Assembly (NCBI GenBank): GCA_047495785.1
Contig: JBLDXI010000011.1
Location: forward strand, 434,001 to 498,000
Source: Lepidodermella squamata
Lineage: Eukaryota; Animalia; Gastrotricha
DNA length: 64,000 nucleotides
Reading direction: 5' to 3'
Part shown: one piece after another, positions 36,068 to 48,079 of the stretch
Position numbering within the stretch: position 1 is the stretch's first letter
How the letters are laid out: each line of letters opens with the position of its first letter
The notes under the pieces: generated by a model
Seen by the model: the letters and a program-made list of their open reading frames with translations, nothing else
What the model was told of the DNA's origin: nothing
The model's database searches: none
Made by a program: the position numbers and the translations under genes

Positions 36068-38001
36068 ATGATATTACTCGTTAACGCGGTAATATTCGTG
36101 ACAATTCGACTCCACCCCTTCACAATCGCCGCGAGTGATGTTCCGAAAATTTCGAAAAACAACGACCCGAATTCGATTTTCCACGGCGTGAGAAACGCGC
36201 AGCTAATCGGCTATTGGCCTTTAGACACCCTGAGCGTGCTATGCACCCGCCACCCGCCCCGCTTTTCGACCACCGATCAATGCGACGATCGGTCGAAGAT
36301 CGGCCAATCGAACCGCGGCCCGTTCGGACTCAACGGCACGGCGATATCTTGCAACGACAAAATCGCCGGCCACTGCGATCGCTACCTCGTCGAGCTGCGA
36401 GGCGTGAAAAATCTCAACGCTTTCACGTTTTCGTTTTATTTCCGCAAAAATAAGCCATTCGGCCGCGGGTCGCTGTTCCAGTTGATCGACTCGCCGACTC
36501 AGCGGAGTTTGATCACCTTCAGCTATTTGATCTCGCCAAAGCTGAGAACGGCGGAAATTTTAGCCGCGAAACTGCAGCAATGGCTGCGATTTGTCGGGCA
36601 ATACGAGGCGAAAAAGTTGAAAATCTACGCGTATGACATGCGTGGTGGTCTAGTTTTCAGCCAGACCTTCGATAATCCGCTGCTGGAGGATAAATTGGAC
36701 CTGGCTGATGTGAGATTCGGTCGGCTGGAACGCGGCGATCAAGTTGCGTGCCTTCAAATTTATCGTGATATTCTCAATAAAAAGCAAATCGAAGGTAATT
36801 TTTGAACAATTTGATTCACACCTCACGGTCAAAACCAATGGTATTCATTACCATACACGAAGTTAATTTGAAAAACATTAAAATTTCAATTTTGAAATCA
36901 AACTTGAATTCGAACAATTTGATATTATTTGGGCTGTGCTGGAAATTCAAAAATAAAATAAAATTGAATAAAATTAATTTGAATTTTAAGAAATAATTTT
37001 AAAATAATTTCAGAATTTTGTTGAAATTTTTCAAATCACTGAAATTTAAATTTTAAATTGTCATCGAAATAATTTTTTTTTATTTTTTAGAAATGGAATG
37101 CGTTTGTCAAACGCGTGGTCACTGTTTGCGGCGAAGTGCCATTTCGAAAATTTCCGACTACCTCACCTTACTTCCGGCTCAGCTCAATCAAACCCTAATC
37201 GCTTTCTGGCCACTCATTTACAAACGCTCGAATTTATTAGAAATTATCAACAGCACCGAACCTTCAAAACCGCTTCAGCCCTTGAAAGTGCAACGGGAGA
37301 ATCGATTATTTCAAAATCAATCGATATCGCTGTTCGAGCCAGTTTTCAGCTATCAATTCATAGCAAATTATCGAAAAATCGATTTGCCAAAAAAGTGGAC
37401 CTTATCATTATTATTTGCCAGACAAATCGATATTACCACTTCGAGAATCGAATCAGAAATCACTCTGCTAAAAATCGGTTCGATTTCCGTTAATTATCGA
37501 TTGACAGATGGCAAACTCTTGCTGAGTCATCCGGCAATATCGGTGAGAATCGAATTCGATTGTTCGAGAAATTTCGATAATCGAACGACGCGATATTTCG
37601 CAATCACCTATGATTTAACGGGGAAAGAGTTGAATTTCTATTCAATGTACAAAAATGGCGATATTTTGAACACAGCCTATGCGAATGTTGATTTCGAGCC
37701 GGTTTCAAATTCGGTCACCCTAGGCCCTGATCGGTCTGGTCACGGTTCACTGGCCTGCGTAACGTTACACGCGGGTTCAGTCGAGCGTGAAAATCTCGCT
37801 AGGCTGGACTGTTATTGCCGGCGTGAAATTTTGCTGGAAAAACTGGAGAGTTACTGCGTGAATTTAGAGCGAAATCTGGCGATGTTATCATCGACTGGCT
37901 CCGGCGGATCCAGGAATTGGCCGTGGGTTCTTCTACTACTGCTGCCCGTGTTACTCGTGATTTTTTTCGTGTTACTCTGTACGTGCCTGAGGCGGAAATA
38001 A
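36068..38001 (+). CDS. Type I membrane protein with two LamG/ConA-like domains; exons 36068-36794, 37091-38001
   Basis: N-terminal hydrophobic peptide; two repeats LI..WPL...ACL/V.I/LY/H, like those in 6274-8540; phase-1 intron keeps frame; C-terminal TM followed by RRK*. Confidence 0.8.
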
Positions 38002-38726
38002 TTACATCATGACAAAAATAATGCTGAAAATACGAAAAATATTTTCCACCTTTCCATTATTCTTGCTACTCATCAATTTTGCCATTAATTGATTTTTCTC
38101 CGAAAAAATATCTATTTTTTTTACATTGAATGCTGGAATAAAAAGGAAACGTCTGATTTCTGAGTATTTGCAATTTGCAAGTGAACATTATTTATTGAAA
38201 AATATGGGCGAAAGATACAAGTTCATCTCGAATCCCATGTGAATCCCAAAAACATCCTGTTACATTTGGATGACTTGTTCAGGCAATCTTCTTGAAAATG
38301 TTATTTTAAATTTGAATTGTCTTGTATTATTATAACATATTTTCTTGTTGTTTAGTTATCGCTAGCCCGAGGTTTTTTTCGATATGCGGAACGGGAAAAA
38401 CGGAACAGAACAATGGACTGCTTCCCTCCGAAATTCGACATTTCATATTTCAAACAGAAAATGAACGCTCTAGGCCCAAGTCTTTAAATATTGAAATTGT
38501 GATGTGGCCGAATATTCTTGGTAAATAAAAAAATATTCTAGACTAACACTACAAGGAAGATCATTGATCTCAACATTTCGCGGAATTCAACCTTTCACTT
38601 GATAGGTAATATAGCATCATGTTTTTGTTAGAATCGACTTAGTCAAGGTTTTAAAAATGTTGCCCATCAAAGACAAGGCTCACATATCCACTGCACACGA
38701 CGTTCCCATTGTATATAGCCATCGCA

Positions 38727-39855
38727 TCACGGAGTAACACAAGCATCAAAAATCAGGCCATAAGCCGGGTTGATGGCATAATATCTGAGAGTAACCGTGA
38801 AAAGCCCGCAGCACTCTGCGAAAGAGTTAGCGCTGTAGGTACTAGGCGGCTTGGTGGCCTAGAAGCGAAAAGAGACGATTGGAATTAGCAAACATTTCAG
38901 TCTAAAAGCTACCAATGCGGAGTCGACGGCAGTTAACGAGGATACTGCTGCGGTATAAGGAAAGCGGTAACATGATGATGCAGGGTCTCCATCAGATGTA
39001 AAAGCTGCTATTTTGTAGGGGTTGTCAGCGCTGAATGTGCCAATACACATCAGTACAGGCGGAGAGCCAGGAGCAATCTCGTATATCAGAGAATTAGCTC
39101 CCTTCGCCGCATTGCAACAAGCAGTAAAAGAGCTGAAAGTATTTGGCGAGGCGGGGGATGGCTGAAATGAATCAATCAGGTCTTTAAATCGCGGTTTACA
39201 TCAGTTAACGATTCTTACGGCTGTTCCATCTGTGAGAACCGAGTTGCATGCACCAGCATTCGCTGTGCAGAATGGGACATTAGATCTTGAGATCTTTGCA
39301 TCGCCCACCGTCTTGGTTACCACGCACAAATTGTAGGTGGGCTGATGAAAATTTGCAGATGATAAAGGTTTTCGAATATCGAATGAATAAACTTACAGGG
39401 CTAACAGGGCTCGCGCAAGATTGCCCACCCGGGCATTGCGTTGCCGCCTTATCGATGCAATTTTTCGCTGAAACATCGCAAATATTGGCGGCTGGCGTGC
39501 AGCTTTGCCCACCCGGGCATTGCGTACCCGCCTTGTCGATGCAATTTTTGGCTGAAACATCGCAAACATTGGCCGAAGGCGTGCAGGTTTTCGCTGCGGT
39601 GTCACAAGTGTTGGCGGCTACACTTTTACTCAGACAGCTGTTTGCTGTAGCATCACAGACGTTCGCCGATGCAACACAGGACGACCCAGAGTTGCAGGGG
39701 TTGGTCGTTGTATAACAGGCCTGGCCATTCGGGCAAGTTCCAGGCGAATCCGTGACCGTTGCCGATCTCGGGCATGGCGTTGTGCTCGCTGCAGGGCAGG
39801 CAGTGGCAGTGGCGAAAACAGCAGCAAGGAGCACGGCGAACACCGAGGTTTCCAT
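38727..39855 (-). CDS. Secreted Cys-rich repeat protein, copy A (4 exons)
   Basis: Signal peptide METSVFAVLLAAVFATATA; Cys repeats C..AAN.CD.SAKNCIDKA.TQCPGGQS; short introns lead to PTYNLC.., SSFTACC.., and last exon ATKPPSTYSANSFAECC..DACVTP*. Confidence 0.8.
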
Positions 39856-40815
39856 GATGAGTTGAAATAATTCTGAAGAAATGAAAACAGTGGCGAAAAC
39901 AACCGCCGCTTCAGCTCTTAAATACCATCAATTTTTTGCCTCCGAGATTGGACCTTGGCATGTCCCCGTTCGCACTCGCATCAGGTGTTGCGCATTGCCA
40001 AAACAACGGGACGGCCGCTACACCTGGTCGCAGTCGGAGGCGTCGTTGAGAAAATTACGTGGATAATACACAACATGACTATGCTGCCTAGCTAATGATC
40101 GCCAACTCTGCGCGCACCGGCGTAAAACAATTTATTTCATATATAACGCATCCATGGCCCTACATTCGGGCGCTTATTTTCTTGTGTAGGAGAAATGCAA
40201 GTGGAATAAATACGGCGTAAAATGCCGTTCAGAAGTAGAATAGCGCAGTTTAGGTGACTGTCAGGCCGTGTTTGCCGCGCACGCCGAACATTAGCTTGGA
40301 TATCTTCTCAACGTATCGAAATTTTTTGCTTTAGATACACGCCACGGCAACGCGACCCCGGTGTAGAAACTCGTCACTGATGGCAGCTGGTGCTTGGGAC
40401 TAATTGTAGTATGGACTCGAGACACTGCTTAACAAACACACACGAAAACCATCTGATCGAGGCAAAAAATAAGATGTTTGTTAGTGAGGCAACAAATGGG
40501 TTTTTAGCAATAGTAACATTCTAGGCTTACTACATTGTGGAACCGCTGGTAAGTCGAAATTTGGCGCGCACGCTGATTGGTTGATTTATCGTTGCTAATG
40601 ATGAATGCGGAATGAAACAATATTTTCGTGTGATCCACTAATAAATTGTTTCATATTTATGCAAAAATGACCTTGCAACACCCTCTGTACTGTTTCCATT
40701 GACCACGAGCGTAAACTCCATATTAATGGTGGTAAATTGCTGCGGCACAAAACACTTGTTGACTTGTTGACCAACATGTTTTATCCGGGAGTCATAGCAG
40801 CGATCGATTGACCAA
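39856..40815. repeat. Segmentally duplicated upstream region of the Cys-rich genes
   Basis: Nearly identical to ~51379-52330, and partly to ~56806-57530; includes a TATTTAAG TATA-like box on the minus strand ~65 nt above the ATG. Confidence 0.85.
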
Positions 40816-40914
40816 TCTGGTCGACCAGACCGCGACGTGGTCGCTTTCGGACTTGGGTCGTAACATCACCAAAGCCATATATAAGCTAGCGTGAGATCTC
40901 ACCTGCCGCGCAAA

Positions 40915-41168
40915 TCGCGGTTTACACCAGTCAATACTTCTTATGGCTGTTCCTGTTGTAAGAACCGAGTTGCATACACCAGCATTCGCTGTGCAGAATG
41001 CGACATTAGATTTTGAGGTTGATACATCGCCCTGCGTCTTAGTTATTACGCACAAATTGTAAGTTGGCTGATGATGGCATATGAAAATTTTCATTTCGGA
41101 ATGAAAACGGGTAACTTACAGGGCTCACAGGGCTCGCGCAAGATTACAATGCCGCCTTATCGATGCAA
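40915..41168 (-). pseudogene. Fragment of a Cys-rich repeat gene (end of exon 1 + exon 2)
   Basis: QPTYNLCVITKTQGDVSTSKSNVAFCTANAGVCNSVLTTGTA and the SPVSP|gtaag donor; no signal-peptide exon or 3' exons. Confidence 0.75.
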
Positions 41169-41741
41169 AAAAAGCAAAAAGGGTTTTTAGCAATAATAAC
41201 AAGGCTGCATTCTCCCATTACAATAATTGTTGAGGTGGACGCGACAGTTAGCGAATCAACTGCTTCTCACGTGTAAGAATATCCAGGTCTCCATAGGAAA
41301 ATGTTTTCATAAAGGTGGATGGCGGAATATGCCATCTCAGCCTCGCTCGTCACGAACTGCACGACCTCAAATTGTGAACTTCCCATCAACAGTGCTGAAT
41401 ACCCTCTGAAAAATGTCTTTTAAGCGACGGAGAATGACAAAATTGAAACCACATTTATTCATTCATTTATTGAAAAAATAGGTGAAAGATAGAAATTCAT
41501 CTCGCAATTAAATCTCGAAATTCCATAACAATTAGCAACAATTCCAATCGAGAAATGAGCAATCGATCCAAAACACATGGCTTTTTTGCCGTCATTTTTC
41601 GCGCTTGATCGGCCGCCAAGAAATCGCCGGGTTACAACCTTGAAATATAATGTTTATACTCCTAATAGGTATGAGTGAAATTGATCTTACGGGATCAATG
41701 ACACGATCAACCAGGAGGCTTTGAGCGGGCCCGCCTGAATA

Positions 41742-41901
41742 CAGTCAGTGAATAACGCCTGAATAACGCAACTTGTTATAGCACAAGTTTCGCTGGCGCG
41801 CAAGATTTTCGGCGGTCGCAAATACACAGAAACAGTGGAAAAAGCATCGCCATAGCGCAACTTTTTCTCCGCTGATATTGCGTTATAGCGGGGGCTGACT
41901 G
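41742..41901. mobile_element. Short Tc1/mariner-pogo-type MITE
   Basis: TA|CAGTCAG ... CTGACTG|TA ends; absent from the paralogous segment near 52915. Confidence 0.6.
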
Positions 41902-42103
41902 TACATTGTAATGTATCGATAATGGTATACTGTAACGCGGGGTGATTGTGGCCTTATAGCACATTTCAGACATTGTGGAGCAAATGCTGAATATTAATGT
42001 TCGAGAAACACGATTTGCCCAAAGATGCAAATCATCAGAAACTAGTGTGGCCTGATCTTCTTGGCCGAAATAAGTGTAGCCTGTAACAACGGAGCGGATG
42101 TAA

Positions 42104-42857
42104 CATAGATAATAATAAAGATCGGAAGTTTACGATCCTGCCATAGTGTCAAAATTTTAGGGTGCAAAGGTCACCATGTGCAAAGCCACATTTTTGTGCG
42201 TTTTATTTGAGCCATGTGCGCCTAGCTAAATACATGTAAAATCGACCCATTTTTAAATTATCGATTTGTTGAAAAACGTCATTTTTGTAATTTATTGGTA
42301 ACTTGTGCCCTGGACAACTTTTTCCGCTCTTTCAAACGAGACCAGGCTCGACTTCCTAGGACCTTTGCAAGGCCATCTATATATTCGCGAAGTAGCTAAA
42401 AAAATCCCGAAGATCGAAATTTGTCGATTATGTCGGGGCGGAAAAAATTGTTAAAGCTTGATCAGAAAATTCCAGAAAAAATATTTTCGTTACCAGGATG
42501 GGCTAAGCTATCGAAATATATAACTTTTATTCCGGTCCGATTTTTTGGGAATTTTCCAGTAATTGCGGTGAAATTGTTGTAAGATTGCTCAATTAAGAGT
42601 TTTATTCAATTTTCAACTCAAATAAATCCCAGTTTTCAATGTATTAGACCACAAGCCAATCAGCATCCTCGAAGAAGAAAAATGACGTTTTTCCAAAAAT
42701 CAATTTAAAAATGGGTCGATTTTACATGCATTTAGCTAGGCGCACATGGCTCAAATAAAACGCACAAAAATGTGGCTTTGCACATGGTGACCTTTGCACC
42801 CTAAAATTTTGACACTATGGCAGGATCGTAAGCTTCCGATCTTTATTATTATCTATG
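42104..42857. mobile_element. Foldback MITE, P-element-like ends
   Basis: ~150-bp near-perfect TIRs starting CATAGATAAT; 8-bp TSD GGATGTAA (42096-42103, 42858-42865); empty paralogous site with a single GGATGTAA at ~53455. Confidence 0.9.
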
Positions 42858-43437
42858 GGATGTAAAGTTCTCCTTAAACAAAGATTCGAGAATCTACTAA
42901 AAATTGGCATTTTATTAATATCACAGAGAAAATAAAGAGGCAAAGCTAATAAATCCACTGCACACGTCGTTGCCTAGGTAAATAGCCTAACTGCGTCGAA
43001 CGTCAGCTTGGATATCTTTTCAACGTATCTTAATTGGATAAAAGAAATGTATAACAACAATGCAATAACAGTGCAATATAATTTGCTTGACGATCAATAT
43101 AGCTAGGCAGCATAGCCACGCATCCGAGCTGTGTATTTTCCACCTGCCCGTTAATGTTTTTAAAACCTGCCTGCCTGTCTCCGTTTGTCAATACCCAAAA
43201 AATGGAATGTGTACCTAAAAGCGAGTGTAAACGACCCACTAGAACGCAGCATCGCAGGCGGGTAAATCACATAGCGACTGATAGCCCGCTTGATTCTCTA
43301 CAAGGTATCAGCGCGTCGTGTCACTCGCGTGAAAATCGCGTCTTGAAAACCAGCGATTTTTAGCCTGCGTGATCCGCGTGCTGTCCGCGTTCACCGAGGC
43401 TTAGGGCCGTAAAATTTCTCTTTCGAGAAAATTCACG

Positions 43438-43508
43438 TTACAGGGCTGGGAATCGAACCCATGACCTCTGTGCAACCAGTCACGTGCTTAACCAATAAGC
43501 CACGAGAC
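43438..43508 (-). ncRNA. tRNA-derived Pol III cassette near the left end of the Harbinger element
   Basis: Minus strand has A-box TGGCTTATTGG, B-box GGTTCGATTCCC and TTTT downstream; no valid anticodon arm. Confidence 0.5.
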
Positions 43509-44233
43509 TGGTCACATTCGGCTCTATTAAAAAGTTGTTTTTGAAGAGCACGCGATCTATTTTTTTAAGCGACCTCACAAAGCAATGTTTTAGCTCTAAC
43601 CGGTGGCTCAATCGAACAGATTGGAGCTGTTATTCAGCTCCCAACAAAACATTCCGAGGGTGGTGATCGAAGGTAGTAAAAAATAAACAGCCATTTTAGC
43701 TAAAAGTTCTTGTTTACGATAAAATGGAAACGAATTTTTGCTCGTTAAAATAGAGTTGAACTTCATTTTTCAAGAATTTAATTTTATCTGCCAATTTCAT
43801 TGTTACATCACAATAATAACAATGGATGGGAATGACCTAGTTGTGGACATTGCGTCTTTTGGACATTTCCTTTAAAACAGTTTTACTGGAGAAAAACGTG
43901 CCAAAATCGTCATAAAATATAACATTCAATAATTCGACAGATAAAAGTTATTTCTATACGAACTTTTGTCGTTTTATCGACCATTTTATGACACTTTTTC
44001 GAGTTGTCGAAAAATAGCTCTGAGGCATGTTTATGATAAAATAATTTTCCAGCCAAAATCGCACCTTAATGACGCAAGTTGACCCAATTTTCGCGAATAG
44101 ATTCGGATTGCATGCTGCATGAATTTTTTAATTTAAACGAAATTGATGACGTCACACCGAGTCACGTGAGCAGCACAAGCCTCATTTCATTATTTCCAAA
44201 TCCCATGCCAAGCTTTCTTCTTATTGAAGTTAA

Positions 44234-45392
44234 ATGGAACTATCTAACCGAAGAAGAGTGTACGGTCGTCGGTTCGACCCGTTCGCGAGATTTTCAGATT
44301 ACGAATTTTCAAGGCGCTATAGATTTTCCAAAGCAGGTGTTCGCTACATCCACGATTTGATTCGAGATGACCTGCCTCGGCGAACAACTAATCGAAGTAG
44401 GGCAATAACGACCATGGTTCAGGTCCTGATTGCCTTGCGGTTTTTTGCGACCGGCACGACTCAGCGTGAAATAGGTGATCCATTAGGTGATTTTTGATTT
44501 TTTTACTCGTGACATTGACCCTTTGTACTCTAGGCGATTTACACGGTTTAAACCGAACTACAGTTTGCAAGGTTGTCCATATCGTGGCAGCTGTTCTGGC
44601 CTCGAAGTTGGCAGAATTCGTGTTTATGCCTCGGCAATTAGAAGAAGTGCGAGAAATTGCGCGCGAATTTCGCCATTATGGCCGAATGCCCCATTGCACA
44701 GGGGCGGTTGATTGCACGTTGGTCAAAATTCGTCGTCCCTACGAGTTTCCTGACCCTGATGCCTTTTGGAGTAGGAAAAGTAATTTGTCCTCAAAAGCAA
44801 TTTGCAATTTGCGAGCATCCTAATTATGTTGATTTGTGTAGAATTCTATGAGCTGAATGTTCAAGTGGTCTCCGATGCATTCATGCGAATCCGTGATATC
44901 GTTGTCAGATGGCCTGGCAGTGTTCACGATGCTACAATTTTCAAATACTCTCGAGTCCGCCGTCAGCTTTTCACACAGCGCCGGTTTCGAGGATATTTTC
45001 TCCTCGGAGATAAGGGGTATCCCATTTCCCCGGTTGTCATGACGCCCTTGCGGCATAGTCGTAGGGGCCGTCGAAGCCGTTATAACAGAGCTCATGGTCG
45101 ATGTCGCAGTGTAATAGAGCGAGTTTTCGGCGTTTTGAAAGGACGTTTCAGGTGTTTGCTTGGGGTGGACAATCGCCTCAGATTTCATGCAGCTCGATGT
45201 GCAAAAATAGTACTGGCTTGCGCTGTTCTACACAACATCGCTTTGGATCTACGCGAGCCAGAAAATCCCGATTGGCGGCGAATGAGGGATCCCGAGGGCA
45301 ATCGTGGCCGAATCAACTATGAAGATGATGACTTCGCTTTACTTAGACGCGGTGAAAGAATTCGAAGGAACTTGATCAGAAATTATTTTTAA
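44234..45392 (+). CDS. Harbinger (HARBI1-like) DDE transposase; exons 44234-44474, 44534-44779, 44842-45392
   Basis: FSRRYRFSK, ALRFFATG, QREIG|DLHG..TV, GAVDCT, RK|KFYELNVQ, WPGSVHD, LGDKGY, IERVFGVLKGRFRCL, ACAVLHN; spliced frame open. Confidence 0.92.
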
Positions 45393-45568
45393 CTTAATAA
45401 CTGGAGCTGAACCATTGAGACGATGCTGGAAAATTTTCAGAAAATTAAGTCCAATTTTGTATGGCTACACAAATTAAATAATGTTTAGATGAGCAATAAA
45501 AAATGACAATTCATCTAAAAATCAAAGATGGGATTTTTCTTGAATTTCTATAATTTAATTAATCAATT

Positions 45569-47683
45569 GAAGTATTAATTAATTGAAGTCAAAAAGGAAC
45601 TTGGAAATAAGTTCTACGCGCTCAGAGATAAGCCTCAGGAAGCACAGTCGTTCTTTTGGCATCTAATAGCTTCTCTTACTAAAGGGTCGGGCAAGCACGA
45701 CTATAAAATTGTAATCGAAGACGAAAATGGGAGGATTTTATCAGACAAAATTCAAGTAGCAGACAGATGGAGACGTTATTTTATGGGAGTTGTAGATGGG
45801 GTGGAAATATTAGCTGAGGAAATAAATAAATTGAATGAAAATTTAGAATTTACTAGTAAATGTGAAACGCGCGTCATGAAACCGATAACACGCGACGAGA
45901 TTCAGCTCGCAATTTCAAAGGAAAAATTAAGAAAATCACCCGGTCTTGATGAAATTAGATTAGAAATGCTTAATGCGCTACAAAATTCGAAAATTGAATG
46001 GCTAGAGTTTCTCTTCAATAAAATATGGGCTGAAAAACGCGTTCCTGATGATTTTCTGAATTTAATTCTGATCCCAGTGCCAAAAAAAGGAGATTTAAAT
46101 AAGTGCAATAATTACCGCGGCATAAGTCTAATTAGTATCGTTGCAAAATGTTACGCGCGAATTCTTCAAAAGCGGCTTCGCGATGAAATAAATATAAAAC
46201 TGGAAGAATTTCAACATGGTTTTATGCAAAACAAAGGCACGGGTGACTGCACCTTCATATTAAGGCAAATAATGGAGAAAATTATTGAATTTAACAGGAG
46301 TATTTTTATAACTTTTATGGACCTGGAAAAGGCTTACGATTTTGTCGACCGCGATCAAGTTTGGAAAGCGCTCGAAGACCTAGGAGTTTCTCGCGATCTT
46401 ATAGATAATATTAAGGCATTATACAGGGATAGCATTGCTACTGTGAGAGTAAATGGCGTTAGCGCGAAACCCTTCCGGGTGACCAAGGGACTGAGACAAG
46501 GCTGCCCATTGTCGCCCCTGTTATTTATAGCAGTATTTAATGTAGTTTGCAAGCGAGTTAAATTAGAAAAAACAGGTATCCCCCTAACTGACGATGAGTG
46601 GCTGATGTTACTAGCATTCGCGGACGATACTGCTTTATTATCGCAAGATTCGGAGAAAATGCAATTGATTATAGATATTTTTGTTGAGGCGTGTGGACAC
46701 TTGGGCTTGAAAATTAATGTTCCAAAAACCAAATTCATGAGAGTTAAAAAAAATGACTGCAATTTACATTTACCTTTTTCCATCTACGGGCAGTACATTG
46801 AAGAAGTTGATGAATTCGTATATTTGGGAAGTGTTATCACGTCTGACGGCAGGTGTAAGGCTGATGTAAGGACTCGTTTAGAAAAAGGCAACAAAGCGTT
46901 TGGCGCTATGCGGAAATATATTTTTGGCAATCGATCTGTCCCGACTAAAGAAAAAATGAAATGTTTAAAGGGCGTTGTGGATGCGACTATCATGCATGGC
47001 AGCGAAAGTTGGACGTTAACTTCTGAGGATGCGAGGCGACTCGACGTAGGCTATATGCGTTATTTGCGTAAGATATGCGGAGTAACACTTAGGGACAGGA
47101 TTCGCAATGAGGTCATTAGAAATATGTGTGGTTCAGAACAATTTACATTCAAAATTGCTAGGCGGCAACTTCGCTGGTACGGGCACGTCGCTCGCATGGA
47201 CCCCGTAAGGCTGGCAAGCCAGATGCGGTACTGGCAGCCGCCGGATGATACTTGGAGTAGACCTCGAGGGCGACCAAAATTAAGGTGGATTGATTGCATC
47301 AAAAAACATTTGAACAAAATAGGGATTAACAATTTTGAGGAGGCCAACGCCCTGGCCCAGGATAGAACTACTTGGAGACAAAAAATTCATAGTTATTTTG
47401 GTGAAATTGAAATATCAGAGTAAGGATGAGTTTTTGAGGTTGACGATCAGGATAGGTAGCTTGCTACCGGTCCTCCTCCGACACTCGGTTCGCTTGGCGT
47501 GAACAAAATTTACATCACGCCCGGCGAATTGGGTACACCGGAGTGAATTTTATTTTATCATTTTTCCTTCTCATTTTTGTTTCTTCGTTTCTGTATTTGA
47601 ACTCAATTGTTATTGTTATGTTATTGTTGATCAATTAATGAAGGAAAAGATAAAATAAAGAAAATGCTATGCTATGCTATGCT
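45569..47683 (+). mobile_element. 5'-truncated RTE-clade LINE
   Basis: RT ORF, (ATGCT)n tail at ~47664-47683, 12-13-bp TSD (T)AATTAATCAATT at 45556-45568 and 47683-47695. Confidence 0.9.
45783..47423 (+). CDS. RTE-type reverse transcriptase (endonuclease lost by truncation; frame open from ~45585)
   Basis: PKKGD..C.NYRGISL, QHGF, DLEKAYD, GLRQGCPLSP, FADD, YLGS, RQLRWYGHV.RM, RPRGRP..RW.D. Confidence 0.9.
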   Translation: MGVVDGVEILAEEINKLNENLEFTSKCETRVMKPITRDEIQLAISKEKLRKSPGLDEIRLEMLNALQNSKIEWLEFLFNKIWAEKRVPDDFLNLILIPVPKKGDLNKCNNYRGISLISIVAKCYARILQKRLRDEINIKLEEFQHGFMQNKGTGDCTFILRQIMEKIIEFNRSIFITFMDLEKAYDFVDRDQVWKALEDLGVSRDLIDNIKALYRDSIATVRVNGVSAKPFRVTKGLRQGCPLSPLLFIAVFNVVCKRVKLEKTGIPLTDDEWLMLLAFADDTALLSQDSEKMQLIIDIFVEACGHLGLKINVPKTKFMRVKKNDCNLHLPFSIYGQYIEEVDEFVYLGSVITSDGRCKADVRTRLEKGNKAFGAMRKYIFGNRSVPTKEKMKCLKGVVDATIMHGSESWTLTSEDARRLDVGYMRYLRKICGVTLRDRIRNEVIRNMCGSEQFTFKIARRQLRWYGHVARMDPVRLASQMRYWQPPDDTWSRPRGRPKLRWIDCIKKHLNKIGINNFEEANALAQDRTTWRQKIHSYFGEIEISE

Positions 47684-48079
47684 AATTAATCAATTAAATA
47701 CAGGGTGGCCGGAAAGAGCCGCACTTCGTAAGAAATTTGATGATTTTTCAAAATTATTTTCTCAAACCACTGGATTAGAATTATTGAATTAAATAGATTA
47801 GTCGAATTCTTTTTAGAATTTTTTTGCATTCAAAATTCACAAATTTATATTCTCATTTATATTCTCAGAAAATAAAGCCACTGCAAATCTTAGCGAGTTT
47901 ATTCGGATCAGATGTACTTTGTACTGCGTGTATACTAGGGCCTATAGTAAGCAATGCCATATTTTTTCTCAATATTTCCAAAATATTTGCAGAATTATTT
48001 GAATATTTTTGTAGATACAAATTTGTGGAAAAAAAAGAAAAATTAGTCATAGAAGAAAGTCTGTTTTCGTTGAAGTCAG

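Noticed and set aside
40595-40777. Identical 60-aa ORF (also 52109-52291) as a conserved small protein
   Set aside because: Identity reflects the recent segmental duplication; non-ATG start and no coding features.
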